From an uncultured Acidobacteriota bacterium (GTDB taxonomy: Bacteria > Acidobacteriota > Vicinamibacteria > Vicinamibacterales > SCN-69-37), in NCBI GenBank assembly GCA_963764505.1, contig CAVXSP010000001.1:1959207-2023206 (forward strand): 64,000 nucleotides of DNA. Direction: 5' to 3'. The position numbers were made by a program, and so were the translations under genes. The notes below the pieces were generated by a model, which did no database searches, was not told the origin of the DNA, and was given only the letters and a program-made list of their open reading frames with translations. The stretch's first letter is position 1, and each line of letters begins with the position of its first letter. This document shows, in pieces, positions 18,881-28,404 of the stretch.

Positions 18881-20550
18881 ATCAGACGGGTGCCGCGCCG
18901 CGTCGTGAGCACCGCGGATGGCGGCTGCCCGACGGAGAGGTCCGTGTTCAGGATGAGCACGTCGAGACGCCCGTCGTGGAACTCGTCGAGCGCCTCCTGT
19001 TCCGCGACGGCCCAGAACCTCGGCCCCGCGTGGTAGAGGACCACGTCGTATCCCGGGTCCGTCCGGACGTCCAGCTCGCGTCGACACCAGTACGCGAAGA
19101 AGCGCTCGTCGCTCAGCACGGCCGACCGCATCGGCTCGGCTGCGGTGTCGGGGATCACGATGCCCTCGACCGCCCACTTGTCTTCGTACGCGTCAGGCGC
19201 GTCGATGCGGGCCAGGCATCGCTGGAGCGTCGCGGCGCTCCTCGGCGGCCGCGCGACGGCCTCGTCGTGCAGCGCGATCCGGCTCCCACGGGGCACGTGC
19301 GCGAGGACCCAGCGCGCGGCGAGGACGTCCACGTCCACTTCGCGCCTCATGCGCTCGGCCGCGAGGTCGTCCGCGAGCGACCAGACGATGGCCGCGGCCA
19401 GCGCGCCGACGGCCACGCGGCGCGCGATGGTGCCGCGCGCGGCGAGCAGCCGCTGCCATCCCGCGCCGGCGAGAAGGGCGACGCCGGGCAGCAGCACGAG
19501 GGCATAGCGGTCCGCGACGATCTGGCTCGACGCGATCGCGAGCAGGCCGGCGAGCGTCGGCGCGAGCACGGGCGCCCAGCGCCGGACGTCGGCTCGTCCC
19601 ATCGACGCCGCGCCCGCCAGGCCCCCGATCCAGCCGGCGACTCCGAGGGCGCCGGTGATCACCAGCAGGGAGCCGAGCCGCGCGGCCGGCGGGGCGCCGG
19701 TGCCAATCTTCGCCAGGACGACGCCGGCGAATTCCTTCATCTGGAGCGTCGGATTCAGCCACAGCCACGGGACGAGCGCGATGACGACGGCCGCGGAGAG
19801 ACCGAGGGCTACGAGCGTCGCCCGCAGCTTCGACGCCGGAGAACCGGCCGTCGACCAGATGCAGAGCACCGGCGCGAGGATCCACAGCCCGAAATGGAAT
19901 TTGCTGGCCGCGGCGAACCCGGCCAGCACGGCCATCGCGCGGATCGATCCGGCGGTCGGTGCCGCCGCCAGGCCGACGATGAGCGTGGCGAACAGCACGC
20001 CGGAGATGTCGGCGAGCACGTAATGCGAATAGGCGATCGCGAGGACGTTCAGGGCGACCACGACCGTGCCGGCGAAGACGCCGGGCTCGGGCAGCCATCG
20101 TCGCAGCGTCCAGACCGTCGCGAGGAGCTGGAGCGTGCCGATCGCGAACGCGAGGAACCGGCCGATCTCGACGAGCAGCGTGCGGTGGAGGTACTGGCGG
20201 CCGATCCAGGTCGTCACCGTCTCGAGCGCGCGCTCGGGGCGTTCGCGCGCCTGCCAGGCGGCGCGGCCGGCCTGGACCGCGAAGGCGTTCGCCGCGGCGA
20301 CGCTGAGCGCGAGGCGCATCGTCGACGCCGGCCAGCCCACTTCACGCGGCGTGATGCCTTCCCAGAGCGCGAGCGCTTCGAGCGGCAGGATGCCCTCGTC
20401 GGGATGATGCGGTCCCCAGGGATCCTGCCAGGTCAGGAACGAGAGGCGCAGCAGAACGCCGGCGATCACGCAGGCCAGTGTCAGCCGCCGCCAGCCCCGA
20501 CCGGCGCGAGCCGGCGCCTCTGACGCGTCGGGGCTCGGTGCGCCTATCAT
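18856..20550 (-). CDS. Polytopic membrane protein, possible GT-C-like glycosyltransferase with soluble C-terminal domain
   Basis: A 564-aa ORF with a coherent hydrophobic N-terminal 370 aa (about 10 TM) and a non-repetitive C-terminal domain. I recognise no specific motif with certainty. Confidence 0.45.
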   Translation of the reverse strand: MIGAPSPDASEAPARAGRGWRRLTLACVIAGVLLRLSFLTWQDPWGPHHPDEGILPLEALALWEGITPREVGWPASTMRLALSVAAANAFAVQAGRAAWQARERPERALETVTTWIGRQYLHRTLLVEIGRFLAFAIGTLQLLATVWTLRRWLPEPGVFAGTVVVALNVLAIAYSHYVLADISGVLFATLIVGLAAAPTAGSIRAMAVLAGFAAASKFHFGLWILAPVLCIWSTAGSPASKLRATLVALGLSAAVVIALVPWLWLNPTLQMKEFAGVVLAKIGTGAPPAARLGSLLVITGALGVAGWIGGLAGAASMGRADVRRWAPVLAPTLAGLLAIASSQIVADRYALVLLPGVALLAGAGWQRLLAARGTIARRVAVGALAAAIVWSLADDLAAERMRREVDVDVLAARWVLAHVPRGSRIALHDEAVARPPRSAATLQRCLARIDAPDAYEDKWAVEGIVIPDTAAEPMRSAVLSDERFFAYWCRRELDVRTDPGYDVVLYHAGPRFWAVAEQEALDEFHDGRLDVLILNTDLSVGQPPSAVLTTRRGTRLIYTRGGGR

Positions 20551-20552
20551 GA

Positions 20553-21380
20553 ATGCGGAATTATAGCCGCCGCATGAAGCTCTCTCTTTACACCTTCGTG
20601 AAGGACGGGCTCTACTACGACTTCCACGTCGTCGCGATGCTCCGTCAGCACCTGCCGCTCGTCGACGAGATCGTCGTCAACGAGGGCTACAGCACCGACG
20701 GCACGTTCGAGGCGATCGAGAGCCTCGATCCGAAGATTCGCGTGCACCGGCACGAGTGGGATCGCTCGGACCCGAACGCGTGGCACCGCCAGTTCAAGAA
20801 CCAGGCGCGCGAGCTGTGCACCGGCGACTGGTGCGTGCTGCTCGATTGCGACGAGTTCATTCCCGAGTGGGAGTTCGCGCGGCTCCGGGCCTTCCTCGAG
20901 CAGACCGATCGCCTGGTCGTGCCGGTCAGGTTCCTGCACTTCTACGGCAACTACCGGGTCGTGCTCGGCCAGCCGCGCCCGACGGTGCCCACGACCGGCC
21001 TGCGGATCCACCGCAACCTGCCGGACATCGAAGTCTGGGGCGACGGCGCGAACGTGCGGCGGCGCAGCGCCTCCGACGATCGATCCGTGGTGTCGGCCGA
21101 GACGTTCGACGTGCACCATTTCGGATCGGTCCGGCACCCGGCGCGGCTCCGTCAGAAGTGGCGCACCCAGGCGCGTCAGCACAACGCCGGCGATCCGCGA
21201 TGGGACAAGACGCCGGGATTCCTGTTCGATCTGTTTCCCCACCGGTGGAGCGATCAGGACTTCATGCAGTACCTGGAGGTCTACGAGGGCCCGTACGTGC
21301 AGGCCGTGCGGGACGACCCGTCGGAATTCGTGCGCGACGACTTCTGGCTCTACGAGCACTTGAAGAAGAACGCCCGGTAG
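20553..21380 (+). CDS. GT2-like (SpsA-type) glycosyltransferase
   Basis: Shows LSLYTFVKDG...VDEIVVNEGYSTDGT...VLLDCDEF (DXD). The alternative start MKLSLY at 20574 is more likely. Confidence 0.65.
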   Translation: MRNYSRRMKLSLYTFVKDGLYYDFHVVAMLRQHLPLVDEIVVNEGYSTDGTFEAIESLDPKIRVHRHEWDRSDPNAWHRQFKNQARELCTGDWCVLLDCDEFIPEWEFARLRAFLEQTDRLVVPVRFLHFYGNYRVVLGQPRPTVPTTGLRIHRNLPDIEVWGDGANVRRRSASDDRSVVSAETFDVHHFGSVRHPARLRQKWRTQARQHNAGDPRWDKTPGFLFDLFPHRWSDQDFMQYLEVYEGPYVQAVRDDPSEFVRDDFWLYEHLKKNAR

Positions 21381-21388
21381 CGTGCGCC

Positions 21389-22565
21389 ATGCCGGAGCTG
21401 GAGCTTCCGTCACACGGCCCTGGCGCGCGCCTGCTGCTCAGCGAATGGTTTCCCCCCGCTGTCGGCGGCAGCGCGGAGCTGCTCGCGAACATCTATTCGC
21501 GCCTGCCGGGCGAGACAGCGGTGCTCACGAGCGCGCGGGCCGGTGATGGCGAAGACGATCCGGGCTGGGCATCGTTGCGACTCCATCGCGTCCGGTTCGA
21601 CGCGCGCCTCGGTGTGCTCGATCCGCGGTCGCTGGCCGCGCACGTGCGGCTGAGCCGCCTGGCCCGCCGCCTGTCCCGCGGCCGATCTCCGATTCACTGC
21701 GGCCGCGCGCTCCCGGAGGGCACGATCGCCTTGATGGCCCAATGGCCGCGCCGCCGCGTCTTCTGCTGGACGCACGGCGAGGAGCTGCCGATCGTCGCCG
21801 GCTCCCGCGAGCTGGCCTGGCTGCTTCGGCGCGTGCATCGCCGCGCGGCTGCGCTGCTCGCCAACAGCCGCAACACGGCGCGCCTGCTGGTCGATCTGGG
21901 CAACGCGCCGGAGAAGGTCCACGTGGTGCATCCGGGCGTCGATGCCGGGCGGTTCACGCCGGCGGCGCGCGACGAATCGCTCCGGCGCACGGCTGCTCGC
22001 CGGCGCCGACGTGCTCCTCCTCTCGGTCGGGCGGCTGCAGGCCCGCAAGGGGCACGACCTCGTGCTCCGGGCGCTCGCACGGCTGGCGCCCGGCGATCCG
22101 CGCGTGCGCTATGTCGTCATCGGAGACGGTCCGGAACGGCAGCGCCTGGAGCAGCTCGCCCGGCAACTGCGCGTCGCGGATCGGGTGGCATGGGCCGGAA
22201 TCGTCGCCACGCACGAGCTGCCCGCCTGCTACGCGTCTGCGGATGTCTTCGTCCATCCCAATCGCGTCGAAGGCGCGGACTTCGAGGGATTCGGGATCGT
22301 GTTTCTCGAGGCGGCCGCCTCGGGACTGGCTGCGATTGGCGGGCGATCGGGCGGCGTGCCCGAGGCGATCGAGGACGGGCGCACCGGTCTGCTGGTCTCG
22401 GGGACCGACGCGGAGGAGCTGGCGCGCGCCATCGTCCGCCTCGCGGGCGATGCCGCGGCGCGCCGCCTCATGGGCGAGGCGGGACGCGCGCGCGCCCTTC
22501 AGGAGTTCTCGTGGGAGCGCGCCGCGCGCCGCGTCGCCGAGATCGAGGAGGAGATTCTGCGCTGA
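21389..22565 (+). pseudogene. GT4 glycosyltransferase, frame broken by one indel near 21989
   Basis: The N-terminal half (...HPGVDAGRFTPAARDESLRR) is in one frame. The C-terminal half (LLAGADVLLLSVGRLQARKGHD...EGFGIVFLEAAASGLAAIGGRSGGVPE) is in another. Confidence 0.8.
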
Positions 22566-22600
22566 CGTGAGTCGCTTCCGTACGGCGCGTGAGTGGCCAA

Positions 22601-22927
22601 TCAGGATCGACCGTGCGCGAGCCCTGCAAGTACGTGGCAGAACTCGAGCAGGTCGTCCAGATCCTGCGATGCAATCGCATGGACCCGCCTGACACCGATC
22701 ACGCCGTCCTGATGCGCCACGAGATTCCGGAATCCCGCCGCGGAGACGAGCCGGCCGGCCAGGTCGTGATCGAGAATGCCGTGCTCCGCGAGCGCGCGAA
22801 AGACGTCGGCATGACTGGCCGGCACGCTCCAGCGTGCGTCGGCGGTGCCAGGAAGCCCCTGGCGAATGCGCGCGACGGCGTCCGTCACGGCGGCAATCTT
22901 CCCGGCCAGGACCGCTTGATCAACCAT
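22601..22927 (-). CDS. hepT: HepT-type HEPN toxin (DUF86)
   Basis: Encodes 108 aa. The Rx4H motif lies in GFRNLVAHQD. It overlaps the upstream MNT gene by 8 nt. Confidence 0.8.
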   Translation of the reverse strand: MVDQAVLAGKIAAVTDAVARIRQGLPGTADARWSVPASHADVFRALAEHGILDHDLAGRLVSAAGFRNLVAHQDGVIGVRRVHAIASQDLDDLLEFCHVLAGLAHGRS

Positions 22928-23330
22928 GCGCCGCTGCGTCGAGCACCGCGCGCGCACAGATCTGCTCGATCGGCCGAAAGTCCAGATACGCCAGAATGGC
23001 TTGCGCTTCGCGGCGAACGAGGGCCGTGTGGTCCGCCTCGAACACCAGTCGGCCATCGCGGAACACCCGATACGCGAGCGCGGGTGGAGCCTCGTCGAGG
23101 AGGACGAGATCGACAGGTCGTCCCGTGGCGCGCTCCAGGTCTGTGATCAGTTCGCCAACGGCTCGACGATCGAGAGTCGTGTGCTCCTCGAGTCCGATGG
23201 CGATGTCCACATCGCTGAACGGCGTACCGTGGTTGGTTGCCGCAGACCCGAAGAGCCGCGCGTAGGCGATGCGCGTATCCGCCGCCAGCACCGTGCGAAT
23301 CGCCTCGTCCATTTCCGGGAACTGTAGCAC
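22920..23330 (-). CDS. mntA: MntA-type minimal nucleotidyltransferase antitoxin
   Basis: Shows the GSx10DxD motif (LFGSAATNHGTPFSDVDIAI). Alternative start MDEAIRT at 23312. Confidence 0.8.
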   Translation of the reverse strand: MLQFPEMDEAIRTVLAADTRIAYARLFGSAATNHGTPFSDVDIAIGLEEHTTLDRRAVGELITDLERATGRPVDLVLLDEAPPALAYRVFRDGRLVFEADHTALVRREAQAILAYLDFRPIEQICARAVLDAAAHG

Positions 23331-23360
23331 GCGCCTGCGCGCGCTCGGCCGTTCCCCGGC

Positions 23361-24974
23361 CTACTTCCGGATGACGAACTGGTCCAGCACCAGCAGGTCC
23401 AGTCCCGTGCCGAAGAAGACGCGGATCGCGTCGCGGGGGCTGCAGACCATCGGCTCCGCGAAGCCGTTGAACGACGTGTTCACGAGGACGGGCAATGCGC
23501 TCGCCTGGCCGAACCGCTCGTGCAGCCGGCGGAAGCGCTCGGTCGCGGCGTCACCCGGACGTTTCGGCACCGTCTGGACGCGCAGGGCCGTCGCCCCTTC
23601 GGGCAGGACGAACCGCAGCGACTCGGCGTCCCGAGGCTGGTACTGGTACTCCATGAAGTGCGACGTCGGCGGACCGGCGAACAGCCGCCCGGCGTCCTCA
23701 AGCGGCACCGAGACGCCGTAGGCGCGGTGGCGCGGCCTGTGCTTGAGGTAGACGTTGAGGTTGTCGAGCACGTAGGGCGACAGCGGACTGGCGAGGATGC
23801 TGCGGTTCCCGAGCGCGCGGTGTCCCCACTCCATCCGGCCCTGGAACCAGCCGACCAGCTGTCCGCGCAGGAGCGCCTCCGCCGTGACCTCGACGATGTC
23901 GCCGTCGTTCAGGTGCTCGTAAGAGAGCTTGCAGTTGTCCAGCGTCTGCTTGATCGTCTCGAGGTCGTAGGCCGGTCCGAGGAACGGCGACAGCACGCCG
24001 CCCGAGGCGCGGCGGGCGCCCGGGAGGCTCAGCGCCGCGCCGATGGCCGTGCCGGCGTTTCCCGGATTCGGAGCGGTCGCGACATCCTCGAAGACGGCGG
24101 CCTGGCTGAGCCGCGTCGTGAAATACGTGTTGTAGAAGAGCCCGCCTCCGAGGCACAGGCGGGCGGCGCCCGTCTGTTCGCGAAGGTCCCGCGCCAGGAG
24201 CACCAGCAGATCGCCGAGGCGCCGCTGAAGCGCGCTCGCGACGGCGGCGCGATGCCGGAGGTCGTGCGCCGGGCGGGCCGCGATCCAGTCCGCGACGACG
24301 GCGCGCCAGCCGGGCGATATCCACACCGCGCCCGCGCGATAACCCAGCACGTCGCGGAGCCGCTCCGCGTCGTCGCCCGTGCCCAGGCGCGCCAGGCCTT
24401 CGAGCTCGTGAGGCTGTTCCGGAGAAAAGCCGAACAGCGCCGCCGCCTCGGCATAAATCCGTGCGAGCCCCGCGTCCGACGCAGGCCACTCGCGCTCGGC
24501 CAGTCCCGTCCCGGTGCCCAGCCAGACGCTGAGCGGTTTGGATTCGCGCCGATCGCAGACGAGGACGACAGCCGACTCGAACGACGACAGTCGGAAGGCC
24601 GTCGTGGCGTGCCCGAAGTGATGGTCGACGTCCACGGTCGACAGCTCGGGTGGCAGCCGCGTGCCGTCCCCCGCCGTGGCGTAGCGGCAGCGTTCCGGCG
24701 TCTCCGCGACGCCGGCGGCACGTAGCGCCGCGCCGAGCGCCTCGACGGGAAGGTGCCCCGGCGCCACGCCGGCCCGGCGCACGCGCGTGATCCGCTCCTG
24801 CTCGCAGAATGCCAGCAGCTCCTGGTCGGCGCACACGGCCACCGCCGCGTTCTGGCGCGCCCCGGCGACTCCGACGACGACGCGGTCGGCCGCAACGCCG
24901 GAGCCCGGAGCTCCAGGCGCAGCAGGCGGGCGCGTGGACGCTCCCGCCTCGGGCGGGCCGAAACCGTGGCGCAT
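23361..24974 (-). CDS. Carbamoyltransferase (NodU/CmcH family), full length
   Basis: Shows HHFGHATTAF, LGGGLFYNTYF, GWFQGRMEWGHRALGNRSI and NTSFNGFAEPMVCSP. ATG at 24974 is preceded by GGAGGA. The longer 948-aa ORF extension is antisense to the GT4 at 25191. Confidence 0.85.
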   Translation of the reverse strand: MRHGFGPPEAGASTRPPAAPGAPGSGVAADRVVVGVAGARQNAAVAVCADQELLAFCEQERITRVRRAGVAPGHLPVEALGAALRAAGVAETPERCRYATAGDGTRLPPELSTVDVDHHFGHATTAFRLSSFESAVVLVCDRRESKPLSVWLGTGTGLAEREWPASDAGLARIYAEAAALFGFSPEQPHELEGLARLGTGDDAERLRDVLGYRAGAVWISPGWRAVVADWIAARPAHDLRHRAAVASALQRRLGDLLVLLARDLREQTGAARLCLGGGLFYNTYFTTRLSQAAVFEDVATAPNPGNAGTAIGAALSLPGARRASGGVLSPFLGPAYDLETIKQTLDNCKLSYEHLNDGDIVEVTAEALLRGQLVGWFQGRMEWGHRALGNRSILASPLSPYVLDNLNVYLKHRPRHRAYGVSVPLEDAGRLFAGPPTSHFMEYQYQPRDAESLRFVLPEGATALRVQTVPKRPGDAATERFRRLHERFGQASALPVLVNTSFNGFAEPMVCSPRDAIRVFFGTGLDLLVLDQFVIRK

Positions 24975-25190
24975 GTCTCCTCCAACTGCCAGGCCGAACT
25001 TCGATGGACAGGCCGTCGGCTTCCAGGCAGACTTTTGACCGGAGCCGGGCGGACCCAGAGCGCCACTGTATCGCAGGATGCAGGGTCTCTCCTGGAGATG
25101 TGCCGCCGGCGCGACCCGTCGGCGTCTGGTGGACGATGATGTGTAGGCGCACGGCGGTCGTTCGCGGGCGTCCGCGGCAGAAAGTGACTC

Positions 25191-26297
25191 GTGAGAATTC
25201 TCTACGTCGGCAGCGCGCGGAACCTGACCAGCCCGGGCGGCATCGAGACATACGGGCGCGAGCTCATCAAGGGCATGGCGGCGCGCGGTCACGAGGTGGC
25301 GTGCCTCGACACATCGCCGGACGACGTGGCCACCGACGGTCGGCTGCAGGACTATTGGCCGGCCGGTTCGTTCCGGCAGCGGTACTATTTCCGGCGCCGG
25401 TTCCCGCACGAGGATTTCCGCTTCCACATGGCGCTCCGGCGTCGCGCGGCGCGGATGACGGCCGCCTTCCGGCCGGATCTCGTGCACGCGCTGCACACCT
25501 ATCCGTTCGGCGCGATCGTCGACAGCCGCGTGCCCGTCGTCGTGACGGCGTACGGGCTCGAAGTCGAGGCGGTCCCTCCCGTCATCGGCTCGATCCTGGC
25601 CGCCAGGACGGTGCACGCGATCTCGGGATTCACGGCCGACTTGATTCGGACGCGGGTTCCGGCCGCGCCGGCGGTCGACGTGCTCGGCTGGGGCATTCGC
25701 ACGCCGGTGCCGCGGCCGCACGGCGCCTGGGACTTCGATCTGATCACCGTCGCGCGGCTCGTCCGCCGCAAGAACGTCGACACGGTCCTGCGAGCTCTCC
25801 AGGGCGCCGATCACGTGCGCTACGCCGTCGTCGGCGACGGGCCGGAGATCGGCGCGCTGAAGGACCTCGCGCGTTCGCTCGGCCTGACACGCGTGTCGTT
25901 CGTCGGCGCGGTGTCGGAGGAGGTCCGCCGCGACCTGCTGTCGCGCAGCCGGGTCTTCGTCATGTGTCCGCGCCGCGACCCCCACGACGTCGAGGGCCTG
26001 GGTCTCGTGTACTTCGAGGCGTTCGAGCACGGGCTGCCGACCGTCGCGTCCAACAGCGGCGGCGTACCGGACGCGGTGGGGGAGGCCGGCATCCTCGTCG
26101 AAGATCCCGAGGACCCGCGGTCGGTCGGCGACGCCGTTCGCCGCGCGCTCGATCCAGAGGTCTACGGCGAGCTCGTGGCCCGCGTGCGCGCGCGCCAGCA
26201 GTCGCATTCATGGGATCGCTTCCTGAACGATTTCGAGTCCCTCTACCGCGCCGCGTGCGGCCGGCCTTCGCCGGGCAACTCGCGCCGTCGGGCGTGA
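25191..26297 (+). CDS. GT4 glycosyltransferase
   Basis: GTG start. Shows MRILYVGS...GGIETY, VARLVRRKNVD and EGLGLVYFEAFEHGLPTVASNSGGVPD. Confidence 0.85.
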   Translation: MRILYVGSARNLTSPGGIETYGRELIKGMAARGHEVACLDTSPDDVATDGRLQDYWPAGSFRQRYYFRRRFPHEDFRFHMALRRRAARMTAAFRPDLVHALHTYPFGAIVDSRVPVVVTAYGLEVEAVPPVIGSILAARTVHAISGFTADLIRTRVPAAPAVDVLGWGIRTPVPRPHGAWDFDLITVARLVRRKNVDTVLRALQGADHVRYAVVGDGPEIGALKDLARSLGLTRVSFVGAVSEEVRRDLLSRSRVFVMCPRRDPHDVEGLGLVYFEAFEHGLPTVASNSGGVPDAVGEAGILVEDPEDPRSVGDAVRRALDPEVYGELVARVRARQQSHSWDRFLNDFESLYRAACGRPSPGNSRRRA

Positions 26298-26330
26298 GTC
26301 AGGCCCCGCCGTCGACGTCTCCCCGGAACG

Positions 26331-27185
26331 CTACCGGCGCTCGAGCAGTTCAATCGTCTTCGGAGAGCTGGGATGACCGGGCGCGAACGGGTTCACGTAG
26401 AGGGCCGGTCGGAACAGCGTCGCGGGATCCGCAGGAACATCCGCGAATCGATGGATGTCCGATTGCTGAACGAAGAACGCGTTGAGCCCGCAGTACGAGC
26501 AGCACACGAGGGCATACCCGGATTCGGAGAGCAGATCGACCCAGCTGGCGAGCGAGACGCCGAACCAGTCGCTGCCGTCCCACCGGTGGTCGGGAGCATA
26601 GGGCATCACGAAGCGGATCGGCGGCGGAAACTTGGCGTTGTACTCCACGACGATTACCCGAGGGGCAAGTCGTTCGAGGGCGCGTCTGGCGATCCAGTAA
26701 TCGTTGCCGTCGACGTCGAGGCTGAACACGTCGCAGCCGACGTCGCCGAGCATCGTATCCAGATTGTCCGTCGTGACGAACGCCTGCCTGAACGTCAGCC
26801 GCTTCCCCGATGGCGTCCAGGCCAGCGGTTCGGCCCCGAGCCACACGCCGGACCAGCCGAGCGCCAGCAGAATGAGGGTGTTGTTCTCGGTGCCGTCGCC
26901 AACTCCAATCTCGACGAAGCGGCCGGCCCGAGAAAGCCCGAGGCGGCGAAGAATCTCGAGGAGAATGCCGTCTTCGTCGAACTGGGAGAAATACTTCGCG
27001 CCGGCGCGCAGCAGCGGATTGGCGTCCGCGTCGGCCGCCTCTCGCCATCGGCGATGCAACTCGTGATCGAATCGCCGGCTGACGACCGGCCACCAGGCCC
27101 GGCGCACCAGATCGTGCAGATACATCGCCCACCGCAGTTCGAGCCGGCCGAGCAGCGACAGGCGCCGACTAGTGCGATCCGGCAT
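26331..27185 (-). CDS. FkbM-like class I SAM-dependent methyltransferase
   Basis: Shows SQFDEDGILLEIL...GRFVEIGVGDGTENNT and SLDVDGNDYW. Confidence 0.65.
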   Translation of the reverse strand: MPDRTSRRLSLLGRLELRWAMYLHDLVRRAWWPVVSRRFDHELHRRWREAADADANPLLRAGAKYFSQFDEDGILLEILRRLGLSRAGRFVEIGVGDGTENNTLILLALGWSGVWLGAEPLAWTPSGKRLTFRQAFVTTDNLDTMLGDVGCDVFSLDVDGNDYWIARRALERLAPRVIVVEYNAKFPPPIRFVMPYAPDHRWDGSDWFGVSLASWVDLLSESGYALVCCSYCGLNAFFVQQSDIHRFADVPADPATLFRPALYVNPFAPGHPSSPKTIELLERR

Positions 27186-28182
27186 TGAGGCCTCGCAGCC
27201 CCGAACGCGTGAGGCAGGCCACGTACGTCTTCACCATCGCGAGGTTCCACGGCGTCAGCCTGAGGGCTTCTCGCATCGCGTGCAGGGCGCCGGCGCGATC
27301 CCCTGCTTCCCAGCAACACGCGTAGCCGAGATGCCAGAAGTACTCGCGGGCGAGGTTCCGGTCCATCGCACGGCGCTCGCGACCCGTGAGCGGAAGCTGG
27401 CGCCTCAGCCGTTCGAGTCCCCGGACCTTCTCCTCGATGATCGTGCGCAGTCGCCGGCGGCCCGCACCCACGGCGGATGCCGAGGAATTGTCTTCGTGCA
27501 TCCGATACGTCACGTGCACGTCCGTGAAGTACGCGAGGCGCACGCCTCGCGCGAGCGCGCGCAGCAGGTACTGCGAGTCCTCGACGACCCGGTAGTCTTC
27601 CCAGAAGCGCTCGCGTTCGAAGACCCGCGTGCGAATGACCGAGTTCTGCAGGCCACAGTAGATCCCGTGGCGGAGGAGGCATTCGATGGCGTTCTCGTCC
27701 TCGATCGACTGCAGCGCGCCATGTCGCGGCCCTCGGAGCGAGAGGAACGCACAGGGCCGGCCCGCGGAGTCGAGAAACGTGCTTCGCCGAACCAGCCCGC
27801 CACCGGCGTCGCGCATCTCGCAGGCGGCGAACACCCAGTCCACCTCTGGCGCGTCGCCGAACGCCGCCACGCAGCGCTCGAGGTGGTGCGGCAGCCAGAG
27901 GTCGTCGCTGTCGAAGAACGCGACGAGCGGCGCCCGCGCCCGATCGAGCCCGGCGTTCCGGGCCGCATACGCCCCACCGTTCTCCTGCCAGCCGTACGAA
28001 ACCGGCTGCGCCACGTCCCGACGCCACGCCTCGACAATTTCCCGGGTGTCGTCCGTACTGCCGTCATCGACGACGACGAGCTCCCAGCTCGAGAACGATT
28101 GGCCCTGAATCGACGCCAGGGCCTCGGGCAGGAAGGACGCCCGGTTGTAGGTCGGCAAGATGATGCTGACGACTGGATCCAT
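27169..28182 (-). CDS. GT2 glycosyltransferase
   Basis: Shows VSIILPTYNRASFL, VVVDDGSTDDT and FFDSDD. Confidence 0.85.
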   Translation of the reverse strand: MDPVVSIILPTYNRASFLPEALASIQGQSFSSWELVVVDDGSTDDTREIVEAWRRDVAQPVSYGWQENGGAYAARNAGLDRARAPLVAFFDSDDLWLPHHLERCVAAFGDAPEVDWVFAACEMRDAGGGLVRRSTFLDSAGRPCAFLSLRGPRHGALQSIEDENAIECLLRHGIYCGLQNSVIRTRVFERERFWEDYRVVEDSQYLLRALARGVRLAYFTDVHVTYRMHEDNSSASAVGAGRRRLRTIIEEKVRGLERLRRQLPLTGRERRAMDRNLAREYFWHLGYACCWEAGDRAGALHAMREALRLTPWNLAMVKTYVACLTRSGLRGLNAGSH

Positions 28183-28404
28183 GTGGCGTGTCGACCAGAC
28201 GGGCGATCGGATGCCCTAGTCTACGGAATCGTGCCTCCCGCAGTAAGCAACTTGCGAGCCGTCGACACATTAGTAGTACCCGATCCAGGCTGACTTTTGT
28301 CATCGGGCGTCCGGGACCGGAGCGGGTCGATGTGGAGCCGAACCCCCCGCGCAGGCGCGCCGTCCGCCACCCGGTTGGCACAGGGGTTGGAACGATCGGC
28401 GGCG

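Noticed and set aside
24975-26207. N-terminal 410-aa extension of the carbamoyltransferase ORF (23361..26207, 948 aa). The same kind of extension appears on ORFs 7342..9252, 8571..10376 and 2581..4134.
   Set aside because: The extensions run antisense or out of frame through neighbouring well-supported genes and have shadow-ORF composition. Internal starts with SD sequences, or family-typical N-termini, fit better.
28376-28390. Sigma-54-like motif TGGCAC-agggg-TTGG upstream of the GT4 gene at 28405.
   Set aside because: The -12 GC is missing (GG). The element ends only 15 nt before the GTG start, so the transcript would have no room for a leader or RBS. It is kept only as a curiosity because it repeats the TGGCAC-N5-TTGG pattern seen at 47030.
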